NCBI GenBank assembly: GCA_965198235.1
Contig: OZ240248.1
Span: 3,648,001 to 3,712,000, forward strand
DNA length: 64,000 nt
Reading direction: 5' to 3'
Source: Candidatus Poribacteria bacterium
GTDB lineage: Bacteria > Poribacteria > WGA-4E > WGA-3G
Below the pieces are notes generated by a model. That model was not told where the DNA came from and searched no databases. It saw nothing but the letters and a program-made list of their open reading frames with translations. Position numbers and translations under genes: made by a program. Below, one piece after another: positions 19,205 to 28,163 of this stretch; position 1 is the stretch's first letter; every line of letters begins with the position of its first letter.

Positions 19205-19471
19205 TTACAAGTCGATTTCATCAAGGCTCTCTGCGGTCAGTGCCCTCTCAAACAGCGAATCAAGCCGAGAACGGCTCCGGATGGCGGTAATCCTTGTAGC
19301 AACTGATTCTGGAACCGTCTGAAATCGGATCTGTAGCAGTTTGAGGAGCACCTCGCGTTTGGCGCGGGTTTCTCCTTGCTCAATGCCTTGTTCTATACCT
19401 TGTTCAATGCCTTGTTTTATACCTTGTTCAATCCCTCGCTCTATGAGAACCTCAGCCATAGACTGTGCCAT
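19205..19471 (-). CDS. Putative internally initiated small Rpn (RpnS, 88 aa)
   Basis: In-frame GGAGGT-agaaaca-ATG just before the GIEQG repeat region. Confidence 0.6.
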   Translation of the reverse strand: MAQSMAEVLIERGIEQGIKQGIEQGIEQGIEQGETRAKREVLLKLLQIRFQTVPESVATRITAIRSRSRLDSLFERALTAESLDEIDL

Positions 19472-20284
19472 TGTTTCTACCTCCATTCCTTGAGTATACC
19501 GGTCAACAAGCGTTATCAACTCTTCGTGTTCCTCTACTGGACGCCGATGCAAAATCAGCAAAAGTAAATAGACGATCGCCCGCCGCCGCTGCGCTTGCTC
19601 CGTATCAAGCGTATTCAGGTGCGACAGTGCCGAAAGCAACGCATCACTTATCGATGCCTTGTCCGCATCCTCCTTTTGAACAACCGTGAGCAACCACCCC
19701 AGTGGATGATCGCTTTCCGTCAACCTCGCCGCTGCTGTCTCCTTGACGCTGAGAAATAGCGTCTCAAACCTCGGAACAAACCGAGTCAGCACCTCCGGGA
19801 TATCCATGATCGCCGTCAACGTTAGCGGGGTCTGCCACCGTTGCGCACCCGTGTAAAACACAATCGGCAGGATCGGACGCAACCGCCACTGACTTTTCGG
19901 AAGGTTCGCAGACTCCCACTCCCGACGTTGTGAATCCCATATCTGCATCATGTAAAACAGCACCCGAAACCCCATCGACACATCAACCGTGGATTGGTGT
20001 TCAATCAGGATATAGATGAGGAGTTCATCGGTTTCTGAGTCGCTCTGAAACGGCACACTAAAGAGGATGTCCGATTCTTGCTCTCGGAGCGTATCAGAGA
20101 TAAAACTTCTATTCAGGTGTGTGAGTCGGCTAAAGTCAAGCAGTGCCACGAGGTCGCTGGCGACGATCTCTACCAAGCCCCGGACGTTCTCTTTGTCTTG
20201 GAGCAGCCACCGGGCACTCCGGTCGGGGAAGTGTTCAATTGAGGTCTCGAAAAAGTCCCGTATTTCTGTTTCCTTTGTTTCCAT
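19205..20284 (-). CDS. Rpn/YhgA-like PD-(D/E)XK recombination-promoting nuclease (full length)
   Basis: ESDILFSV, ILIEHQS, PIVFYTG, GIEQG repeats; RBS AGGAGGGAG before ATG 20284. Confidence 0.92.
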   Translation of the reverse strand: METKETEIRDFFETSIEHFPDRSARWLLQDKENVRGLVEIVASDLVALLDFSRLTHLNRSFISDTLREQESDILFSVPFQSDSETDELLIYILIEHQSTVDVSMGFRVLFYMMQIWDSQRREWESANLPKSQWRLRPILPIVFYTGAQRWQTPLTLTAIMDIPEVLTRFVPRFETLFLSVKETAAARLTESDHPLGWLLTVVQKEDADKASISDALLSALSHLNTLDTEQAQRRRAIVYLLLLILHRRPVEEHEELITLVDRYTQGMEVETMAQSMAEVLIERGIEQGIKQGIEQGIEQGIEQGETRAKREVLLKLLQIRFQTVPESVATRITAIRSRSRLDSLFERALTAESLDEIDL

Positions 20285-20398
20285 ACTCCCTCCTGTCGTG
20301 CGATGTCTATATAGCATAGCACAATTCAGCTGCGAAAGCCAACCCAAAAGCGTTGGGATAATGTGTCGTGTCCATTGCCTAAATCAGGATTTGTAGCG

Positions 20399-20644
20399 CG
20401 TAGGTTGGGTTGAACGGACATCTGCCATACGCTACCCACTCAAAGAAAACTGACGTTTGGCTCATACATCCGCGGTTTCAAAGATACCGAGTGAAACCCA
20501 ACGCTTTTCGCGTGGGGTTTCGCCGGGGGTGATGGTATAAAGTTGGGTTTCGCTACAGTTTTGATTTTGGATGGGGTATAGGGTATTGGGATGGGTTTGG
20601 TGTGTCATCATCGTCTTTCTCGGTTTCGCTCAACCCAACCTACG
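20399..20644. mobile_element. About 246-bp REPIN/MITE-like element (CGTAGGTTGGGTTGA ends), copy 1
   Basis: Terminal inverted repeats plus an internal inverted GAAACCCAAC / GTTGGGTTTC pair; homologous to 38625-38873. Confidence 0.8.
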
Positions 20645-20706
20645 TAACTGCATCGCGGATTCTCATGGAGGACATGGATGCCGTAGATTTCACGGATTTG
20701 TCTTTA

Positions 20707-20886
20707 GCACCGTAGGTGCGGTATCTGTGTAGAACCGCGTGTCATATAAAAGCCAAGCCCCAGCGGGGCGGCATGTGTGTAGAAGTGCATCCACCACACA
20801 AACCATAGCCCCAGCGGGGCGGCATCTGTATAGAAAAACAACAGAAATAAAAAAACAAACCCCAGAGGGGTGACAGGTGTGTAGAA
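20707..20886. repeat. Array of four 28-bp palindromic REP-like repeats with unique 22/23/23-bp spacers
   Basis: Units at 20707, 20757, 20808 and 20859; consensus GCCCCAGCGGGGCGGCATSTGTRTAGAA. Confidence 0.8.
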
Positions 20887-20897
20887 ACAAGGGACCC

Positions 20898-22835
20898 TCA
20901 CTCCATCCGTTTGATTTCTGCCCATGTCGTCGTCAACCTATTTTTCGGATTCACCGGCTTCGCGTCGACGAGGTGTATCAATCCTTCGGAGACGCTGTTC
21001 GCAAGCGGCAACCCATCCCCAAGAATCCCCTCAATCGCCTGTTCAGTAGAGAAGCCGATGAGCGTGCCTCTCTCTTTATCAAATAACAATGACCCCGAAG
21101 CGATGCTGTTCGGAGGTCCACAGGTGTGCTGCCATAAACCTTTGGCACCCAACCCGACATGCGGCACTGAGACGCACGAACGCACCCGAAGCGGAAGATT
21201 TAACGCGTTATCTTTGTCTCTCCCCTTCAACTGGATCCCCGATCCAAACTTGTAAGTCAACACCTCGACATCCGTTTCTGTGAGAATGGGGTCTGTTGAT
21301 ACCAGTAACGGTTCATAAGCTGAGAGATCTACGTCTCTGATTGATAGAAGCACATTGCCTGTTTCACCGTCCGCACCGGGAAACGATGCGACCTTCCGAG
21401 TCTTGATATCCTCGGCAACGACACCCGCATGACTCACGAGTGTGAAGTCTCCTTTGCTGAGATAACTTTCTATGGAAGCGTCTTCCCGTTTCTGTGTAAT
21501 GAACAACGCATCTCCCCCGAGGACTGTTCCCAGATACCCCGCATGGAAAATCAATGGACGCGGATCGTGGAGTAGGTAAAATACAGAACGGTGGTGTGCC
21601 GGGGCGGTCTTGTCAACGGATATCCAGTCGGTTTCCTGCTGTTCCTGTTCTAAAAGCAACGCCATGATGCGATCGTTTTCTTGCGTTGCGGCTGCCTTCA
21701 GGGGTGTCGTGCCGGCTGTGTTTCTGATATTCACATCAATCTTCCTGTGCTTGAGAAGTCGCTCTGTCACACCGTAAGACCCGCGCTTTGCTGCCCAAAA
21801 CAATGCTGTGCTTCCCTCGGCATTCCTCGCATTCACATCAAGGTCCGAATGAGAGAGAAGTTTCCCCAGTAACCGTGAATATCCTTGCGCCAACGCATGG
21901 TGGAGTGCCGTCGAACCCGTCTCGTCCTTGGCGTTGACATCCGTAGTGCTGTCTTCTTCTATGACTTTGATCGCAAAGCGCTCATCAGGGCCATGTTTGA
22001 TTTCAAAGAGAAGTGGAGACTTCGGACGACACCCGTCAGGCGATCTCTCTAACTCATAGTCAGGAAAGATACAGTCTTCAAGTGGCAGATTTTCGTGATA
22101 GAACTTATAGAGCCAAACGATACCGTTCTTATCGTCCTGACCGATGCGTCTGGGACCCGGACGCGAGATGTGCATATCCGACATCACCGAAGAGGGTTGA
22201 TGACCGATGGTTGCAAGCAAGCCACCCCTGCTCACTTGGTACTCTTCTCCGGGTATCTTCCGCCGATACGTGTCCAGCAAGCCGAAGGAGTGTCCGAGTT
22301 CATGTAGGATAGCATTCGCGAAGCGGTCGTCCACATCCGTGCCTTGGTGCATGTGGATCTCGGGTAGGTGTGCCTCATCTGCCGCCGTCAATGCGCTTGA
22401 TTGACCGAAATCGCAGAAGAAACCGATTAGCAGGTCGCACTGCTTGACCGCAGCCTTGTCTCTAACATCAAGGTTTGAGACATAGCGAAAGTCATCGACG
22501 ACGGGTTTGCCGGTGTTCAAGTCCTTGACGGGCTGTAGCCATGCGTGGAGTGCTGCGGTGATGGCTGCCTCGATCGCTTCTCCGTTGTTGCGTGCCTCTG
22601 GAGGGCAGACCCCGGCAGGTTCACCCCATTCAGGATCGGCGTATGCATAGCCAATCACCCACTGATCCTTATGCACCCGACGGATGAGGTTGTTGAATTT
22701 TCTCCTCATATGCTCTGGAAGTTGAGACTGATGGTCAAACGCCATAAATCCGTCCGCTGTGGGGGGTATATTGAACAGCAGGCTCCCCACCACCGCAAGC
22801 GTCAGGCAGAGAGGGATTGTTTTTAGTGGGTGCAT
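20898..22835 (-). CDS. Secreted metzincin - ankyrin x3 - degenerate trypsin-like - C-terminal tail (paralog P2)
   Basis: HELGHSFGLLD, SVMS, ankyrin repeats, HTCGPPNSIASGSLLFD, PVNPKNRLTTTWAEIK. Confidence 0.85.
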   Translation of the reverse strand: MHPLKTIPLCLTLAVVGSLLFNIPPTADGFMAFDHQSQLPEHMRRKFNNLIRRVHKDQWVIGYAYADPEWGEPAGVCPPEARNNGEAIEAAITAALHAWLQPVKDLNTGKPVVDDFRYVSNLDVRDKAAVKQCDLLIGFFCDFGQSSALTAADEAHLPEIHMHQGTDVDDRFANAILHELGHSFGLLDTYRRKIPGEEYQVSRGGLLATIGHQPSSVMSDMHISRPGPRRIGQDDKNGIVWLYKFYHENLPLEDCIFPDYELERSPDGCRPKSPLLFEIKHGPDERFAIKVIEEDSTTDVNAKDETGSTALHHALAQGYSRLLGKLLSHSDLDVNARNAEGSTALFWAAKRGSYGVTERLLKHRKIDVNIRNTAGTTPLKAAATQENDRIMALLLEQEQQETDWISVDKTAPAHHRSVFYLLHDPRPLIFHAGYLGTVLGGDALFITQKREDASIESYLSKGDFTLVSHAGVVAEDIKTRKVASFPGADGETGNVLLSIRDVDLSAYEPLLVSTDPILTETDVEVLTYKFGSGIQLKGRDKDNALNLPLRVRSCVSVPHVGLGAKGLWQHTCGPPNSIASGSLLFDKERGTLIGFSTEQAIEGILGDGLPLANSVSEGLIHLVDAKPVNPKNRLTTTWAEIKRME

Positions 22836-22945
22836 GTCGTTTCTCCCATCTTAAGGGGTGTCGGGTGTCGGTGTTGGGTGCGCATTGTCTGAATCAGGAT
22901 TTTCAGGATTAAAGGATTTGCAGGATGATAGCCGTCAACGGTCAA

Positions 22946-22973
22946 ATAATAACAGATTTCAGTGAAAAGTCAA
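22946..22973 (-). promoter_or_regulatory. Sigma70-type promoter of P2
   Basis: TTGACT-N16-TATTAT with extended TG; near-identical copy upstream of P3. Confidence 0.6.
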
Positions 22974-23404
22974 GAGCGATCGAGATTCGGACAGGAGCCA
23001 TTTAGTTTTACGTATTTACTTTATATATGCGGATGTTTTTCCGCTGTAGGAGCGAGCTGTGCTCGCGATATTTCCTAAAGACGTTAACTTATGTAAACTA
23101 AAACCATGATTGGAACCGAAAACGAAATGGCTCTGAGATTCGGAAGAGTTATTCACTTCTCGCGAAGCGTTCTTGTGGGAGAGAACTTTGTAAACCCGAT
23201 GTATGTTCCCGCTCCACCCAACACCTAATAGATACCAAAAACAATCCGCGCAATCCGCGTCATCCGCGACAATCCGTGATTCAGACGACTCGATGCCGCT
23301 GTCCAAAGGAACGAAACGTCGCTACCATAAATGCCTCTGATTCTCGGCACTGTGCAGGTAAGCACGGTTGAAAGCGGCACAAGCGTTGGGTATTTTATAA
23401 TGTG

Positions 23405-24304
23405 TTAATTGTGCCCCAACCTTGCTTGTTCACCGGCATGATAGGAACTTCGCACTAATGGACCCGACTCTACATGTCGAAATCCCATTTCGATGCCTGC
23501 TTCTTTGATCTCTTCAAATTCTTCAGGGGTATAATAGCGTTGAATCGGCAAATGGCGTGGGGAAGGGGAGAGGTATTGACCCACGGTGAGAATATCACAT
23601 TCGGTATTGCGGATGTCTTCCATTGTCTCTAAGAGTTCCGTCACGGTTTCACCTAAGCCGACCATGAGTCCGGATTTTGTGAGCATCTGTGCGTCCAGTT
23701 GTTTGCTGGTTCGGAGAAGGTTCAGCGTTTGTTGGTAATTCGCATAGGGGCGGACGCGGCGGTAGAGACGTGGAACTGTTTCCGTGTTATGATTGAGCAC
23801 TTCGGGGCGTGCTTGTACGAGGGCAGCGAGTGCGTCCCAATTTCCTTCGAGGTCGGGGATGAGGACTTCCACTGTGCATCCGGGACGGTTTTTCCGTGCT
23901 TCGGCGATACATTCGGCAAAAACACTCGCGCCGCCGTCAGCAAGGTCGTCCCGGTTGACGGAGGTGATAACGACGTGTTCGAGTTTTAAGTAACCGACGG
24001 CTTCACCGAGTCTGCGCGGTTCATCGACATCGACGATGCCTCCGGGCGCGCCTTTTTTCACAGCGCAGAACATGCATCGACGGGTACAGACATCGCCGAG
24101 TATCATGAAGGTAGCGGTACGGCTGTTCCAGCATTCACCGATATTGGGACATCGCGCCTCTTCGCAGACCGTGTGAAGCTGCAGATTCCGCATTAATTGC
24201 TTGAGTTCAGCGTAGTTACCACCGCTCGGCATCCGAGCTTTAATCCATGTCGGATGTCGTCTTTGTGATGTTCTTTGCTGGACTAATGGAAGCGTCTTTA
24301 GCAT
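23405..24304 (-). CDS. lipA: Lipoyl synthase
   Basis: CEEARCPNIGECW, CTRRCMFC, PLVRSSYHA. Confidence 0.97.
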   Translation of the reverse strand: MLKTLPLVQQRTSQRRHPTWIKARMPSGGNYAELKQLMRNLQLHTVCEEARCPNIGECWNSRTATFMILGDVCTRRCMFCAVKKGAPGGIVDVDEPRRLGEAVGYLKLEHVVITSVNRDDLADGGASVFAECIAEARKNRPGCTVEVLIPDLEGNWDALAALVQARPEVLNHNTETVPRLYRRVRPYANYQQTLNLLRTSKQLDAQMLTKSGLMVGLGETVTELLETMEDIRNTECDILTVGQYLSPSPRHLPIQRYYTPEEFEEIKEAGIEMGFRHVESGPLVRSSYHAGEQARLGHN

Positions 24305-24343
24305 TTTTTAGTTTACTTAGTAGTTTCGGGCTTGGAAACCTCA

Positions 24344-24378
24344 AAAAAGCCACTGACTTAATTAGCCAATGGCTTTCT
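24344..24378 (-). terminator. Rho-independent terminator
   Basis: Minus strand AAAGCCATTGGCT-AATT-AAGTCAGTGGCTTTTTT hairpin with U tract, downstream of ORF 24411-24827. Confidence 0.6.
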
Positions 24379-24410
24379 TATAGATTAATTGCTATAGATT
24401 TACCATAGTA

Positions 24411-24827
24411 CTATGCTGCTTTAGAGCCGGAATGCTGATTGACCTTGCCATTCTTTTCAGCATTCCGTGCTTCCAGTACTTCTTCCAACGTTTTGCCTTC
24501 TTTTTGAGCTTGCTCTAATTTCTTATACAATTTATCTTCGGCTTTAGCTTCGCCTTCAGCAAGGATTCTGTTTTTAAAGAGTTTTGCATACCCTAACATA
24601 ATAGCCTCCAATATATGTGATAGTATGAAAAACCAGCCAACTATTAACGTCATTAAAACTGCCATTCGTGCTAATGTCGTTTCTCCTAAATCTTTCCAAG
24701 CCCAACCGAAGCAGAATTCTGCTATAGTATTGGCAATGATTAGTCCTGAAAAAACTACAACAAACACGAAAAACCACTTACGAGGAATTCTTACCAGTGA
24801 TACATATTCATTTCCGTTTTCATTCAT
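24411..24827 (-). CDS. AT-rich small membrane protein (2 TM) with Rpn-like charged tail
   Basis: Two hydrophobic helices; own TTGACA-N17-TATACT promoter (about 24887-24915) and terminator. Confidence 0.65.
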   Translation of the reverse strand: MNENGNEYVSLVRIPRKWFFVFVVVFSGLIIANTIAEFCFGWAWKDLGETTLARMAVLMTLIVGWFFILSHILEAIMLGYAKLFKNRILAEGEAKAEDKLYKKLEQAQKEGKTLEEVLEARNAEKNGKVNQHSGSKAA

Positions 24828-25003
24828 AGCAAAAAGCCTTGTTCAAGCAAAGCATCCCAGTAAGAATGGATTTACCCCTTTTAAGTAGTATAGCCTTTTT
24901 ACACTTATTTGTCAAGTTAACAAGTTTTTTGATGTCTAAAGCGTGTAACCACTTATCGTGTTGGTTAAGGCACGACAGCGCGTGCCTACTACTTCTAAGC
25001 CAA

Positions 25004-25097
25004 TGGCGGGAGAGGGTGGGAGTCGAACCCACCTATCCACTTGCATGGACAAGCCGGTTTTGAAGACCGGTAGGGCCACCGGACCCTATCCTCCCCC
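25004..25097 (-). tRNA. selC: tRNA-Sec (anticodon UCA)
   Basis: 94 nt; 8-bp acceptor stem GGGGGAGG/CCTCTCCC; anticodon loop CTTCAAA; long variable arm; GTGGG-TTCGACT-CCCAC T arm; encoded CCA; next to selB. Confidence 0.96.
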
Positions 25098-25130
25098 ATA
25101 ATTGGTAGTGCTGTGCACATACAAACCCAA

Positions 25131-25232
25131 TAGGACTTACGCATTCTCTCTTAAAGTCCCCCTGATAAGGGGGATTTAGGGGGTTAAATACAACGAAATA
25201 TGCCCTTTTCTGTTCAATTTGCGTAAGTCCTG
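25131..25232. mobile_element. MITE, YAGGACTTACGCA family, copy 2
   Basis: TIRs TAGGACTTACGCA / TGCGTAAGTCCTG; CCCAA duplicated on both flanks. Confidence 0.82.
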
Positions 25233-25242
25233 CCCAATATGT

Positions 25243-27183
25243 TTATGTTTCCAAGTGCCGCGGATGCAACCTTCGGACGTTGCCATCTCGGATCGTGAGG
25301 TTCTGACTGTCACAATATTCCAAGAACGGCACCGCATATTTTCGTGAGGTTTGTGCTGTTTCTCGGAATTCGGCAACGGTTATTGTATCATTTTTACGGA
25401 GGTAAGTCGCTAATAATTCTTGTATCTCTTCAAAAACGGTTTTGTGAATAAAGAAATTATCCGCTATTTTGATAAATTGCCCCAGGTTCAAGAGCGCATA
25501 AAACGTGGATTCAAGCAACTGCGGCGTATATTCTGGGAATAACGCGTTGAGTTCGTTGAGAGTGGGCGTATTGATGCCTGCTTCCAAGAATAGTTTTTCA
25601 AGTCTTTCTTTCGCAGTTTCTTCCTCTTGGGAAAACTGGATTTCGTGAGATGCCAACCGGAGCAGATTTCCTTCTTTGGCGAGCTGACCATCGGCAGTGA
25701 GTCGATTTTCGAGTTTCTCAAAACCGATTTCGTCCAATTTGAGTTCTCGGCGCAGTTGCGAAGCATTTTGACCGGCAAGGAGGGGTTCTGCCGAATGGAA
25801 CGCTGTCAACGTTTCTATGATTTTCTCTTTGATGTTTGCCGTCCGTGCTGCATCAGAAACGAGAGGCGACCTACCCGATTTATCCCAGCGTACAATTTTT
25901 CCGTCTGCTTCCAGGCTGTTCAAGATGGCATTCACGTTGGTCTGTGACTGCGGTAGATAGTAATGCAGGAAGGACTCTGGCACGCAAAGGGTTTCGCTGT
26001 TTTCTAATACAGTGTTCACGATCTGTGCATCATCGGCTTCTTCCCATTGTGCTAAAGTGGCGATGGTCTCTGGGGTGAACCGCTTATGCTTGGGGGCAAA
26101 TGGGTTAATAACTTCACCACCGCCTACTGTATATTGCGCTGAAAAATCGCGTAGAATAATTCTGTCGCCTCTGAACGTTAGAATTGGTTGTTCTAAGCGA
26201 AGTTGAACCTGTACGGTATCCCCCGGTAGAATCGCTTCGTCAACGAGTAGAATGAGTCTGCAAAATATTTCGCGGGTGCCGAGATACGCGCGGAGACGGG
26301 TCCAATGTTCAAGTATCCTTGGAAATGAAGACAGCACTTGCATCGACACGTCAATATTGTCGGTCACTTGTGAAAATTCAATTGGACAGAGTACATCGCC
26401 ACGTTGGAGGTCCTGTGCAGAGATGCCGGAAAGGTTCAATGCTGTCCTCTGCCCGGCTTGTGCTACGGATGCCGTTTCATTGTGCACCTGTATCCCTCGG
26501 ACCCGCACAGCATGACCCTGCGGAAGAATCACCATCCGCTGTTCTCGATGAATCGATCCACCGATGAGAGTGCCTGTCACAACAACGCCAAACCCTTGGA
26601 CAGTGAAAACCCTGTCAACATATAGCCGCGGAATACCATCATTTTCCTCGGTTTCCGTCGCGAGTGTTACCTGCTTGACGATGGTTTCCTTCAGCGTTTC
26701 AATACCTGCACCGGTTATCGAGGAAACACTAACAGTTGGGATGCCTTCAAGGTTTGTGCCGATGAGCATCTCCTGCGTCATTTCAGCCGCTTCCGACAAT
26801 TCATCAGCGGTTGCTAAGTCGGATTTTGTCATGACGAGGATACCGTTTGAGATTCCGAGCAGATCCAAGATTGCCAGATGTTCGAGGGTCTGTTCCTGAA
26901 CACCTTCCTTCGCATCGACGACAAAGAGGACTATATCCATGCCGTAAGCACCGGAGAGCATGCTTCGGATGAATTTCTCATGACCTGGAACGTCAACGAT
27001 ACCTGCACGCGAGTTATCTGGGAGGTCGAAGTAGGCGAAGCCTAACTCAATAGACAGACCGCGTTCTTGCTCCTCCTTAAGCCGATCTGTCTCCATGCCG
27101 GTAAGTACGCCCACGAGAGCGGTTTTCCCGTGGTCTACGTGCCCTGCTGTTCCGATGATGAGGTGTCGTCTATCTTGATGCAT
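25243..27183 (-). CDS. selB: Selenocysteine-specific elongation factor
   Basis: GTAGHVDHGKT, DRLKEEQERGLSIELGF, DVPGHEKF, C-terminal winged helix TSRKYAVPFLEY; start uncertain (27183 or 27231). Confidence 0.97.
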   Translation of the reverse strand: MHQDRRHLIIGTAGHVDHGKTALVGVLTGMETDRLKEEQERGLSIELGFAYFDLPDNSRAGIVDVPGHEKFIRSMLSGAYGMDIVLFVVDAKEGVQEQTLEHLAILDLLGISNGILVMTKSDLATADELSEAAEMTQEMLIGTNLEGIPTVSVSSITGAGIETLKETIVKQVTLATETEENDGIPRLYVDRVFTVQGFGVVVTGTLIGGSIHREQRMVILPQGHAVRVRGIQVHNETASVAQAGQRTALNLSGISAQDLQRGDVLCPIEFSQVTDNIDVSMQVLSSFPRILEHWTRLRAYLGTREIFCRLILLVDEAILPGDTVQVQLRLEQPILTFRGDRIILRDFSAQYTVGGGEVINPFAPKHKRFTPETIATLAQWEEADDAQIVNTVLENSETLCVPESFLHYYLPQSQTNVNAILNSLEADGKIVRWDKSGRSPLVSDAARTANIKEKIIETLTAFHSAEPLLAGQNASQLRRELKLDEIGFEKLENRLTADGQLAKEGNLLRLASHEIQFSQEEETAKERLEKLFLEAGINTPTLNELNALFPEYTPQLLESTFYALLNLGQFIKIADNFFIHKTVFEEIQELLATYLRKNDTITVAEFRETAQTSRKYAVPFLEYCDSQNLTIRDGNVRRLHPRHLET

Positions 27184-27328
27184 CAGTGTAGAAAATTGAG
27201 TAGTGGCTTTGAGATATGGTGTAATTACCAAATCATTTCGACTGAAAAGCGGACGAAATCAACACAATTGTTGTCTATCTCGCACAGGATTTTTTAAGGT
27301 TGTCGCCGAGCGATTGAATCGTGTGTTT

Positions 27329-28099
27329 TTAAGGATGGGCATGGATGAGTTTACCGATTCGATTGAAGCGAACGTTTCCTACCATCTTCCACACTTTCCA
27401 TAACTTCGCCGGACGAGCATCAAATGACCAGTACACCATAAATGCTTGTCCTTTGATGTCGTTTACATCCACAGGTCCCCACGAACGGCTATCACTACTC
27501 TGATCGCGATTATCGCCCATCGCGAACACCATGCCTTTGGGAACAGTGAAGGGTTCACCTTCAGGGAACTTACGCTTGAATTGGCTTGTCGTTAAGGCAA
27601 AATCAGAAAAAGCATCGCTCTCTGGCAGATACTCTGGTTGACGGAACGGCGGAAAATCACCTCTTCTGAAATGGCTAAAGGTCATGTGTTTCGTGTAATG
27701 GCCATCATCGACCGCTTCGCCATTTACATAAAGTGTGTCGCCGCTCGTTTCGATTGTATCCCCTTCAACGGCTACGATACGTTTGATGAAATTTCGTTCC
27801 CGATCGTGCGGTGGGATGAAAACGAAAACGTCGCCGCGGGTAGGTTTATGGAAATCAAAAACCTTGATGTCCGTGCCGGGGATTTTAATGCCGTAGATAA
27901 ATTTGCATACCAAAATCCGATCTCCGATGAGTAGCGTGTCTTCCATTGAACCGGAGGGGATTTTGAATGCCTCAACAACAAAAGGACGTATGAATCCGAA
28001 GACGAGAATGAGTGCTACAACAATGACTTGGGTATATTCCCATATGATCGTCTTCCGAAATTTTTGCCATTTGGATAAGTGAATATTGTTGTTATTCAT
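27329..28099 (-). CDS. lepB: Signal peptidase I
   Basis: IPSGSMEDTL, FIKRIV, GDNRDQSSDSR. Confidence 0.95.
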   Translation of the reverse strand: MNNNNIHLSKWQKFRKTIIWEYTQVIVVALILVFGFIRPFVVEAFKIPSGSMEDTLLIGDRILVCKFIYGIKIPGTDIKVFDFHKPTRGDVFVFIPPHDRERNFIKRIVAVEGDTIETSGDTLYVNGEAVDDGHYTKHMTFSHFRRGDFPPFRQPEYLPESDAFSDFALTTSQFKRKFPEGEPFTVPKGMVFAMGDNRDQSSDSRSWGPVDVNDIKGQAFMVYWSFDARPAKLWKVWKMVGNVRFNRIGKLIHAHP

Positions 28100-28163
28100 A
28101 GTATTGTGATGCCGTCATCGGTGAAAAGACGTTCTCCTTCCTCATTCTGTCTGTTCATTGATT

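Noticed and set aside
23016-25004. Integrative island with att sites at tRNA-Sec
   Set aside because: There is no integrase and I found no duplicate of the selC 3' end; the housekeeping gene lipA lies within the region.
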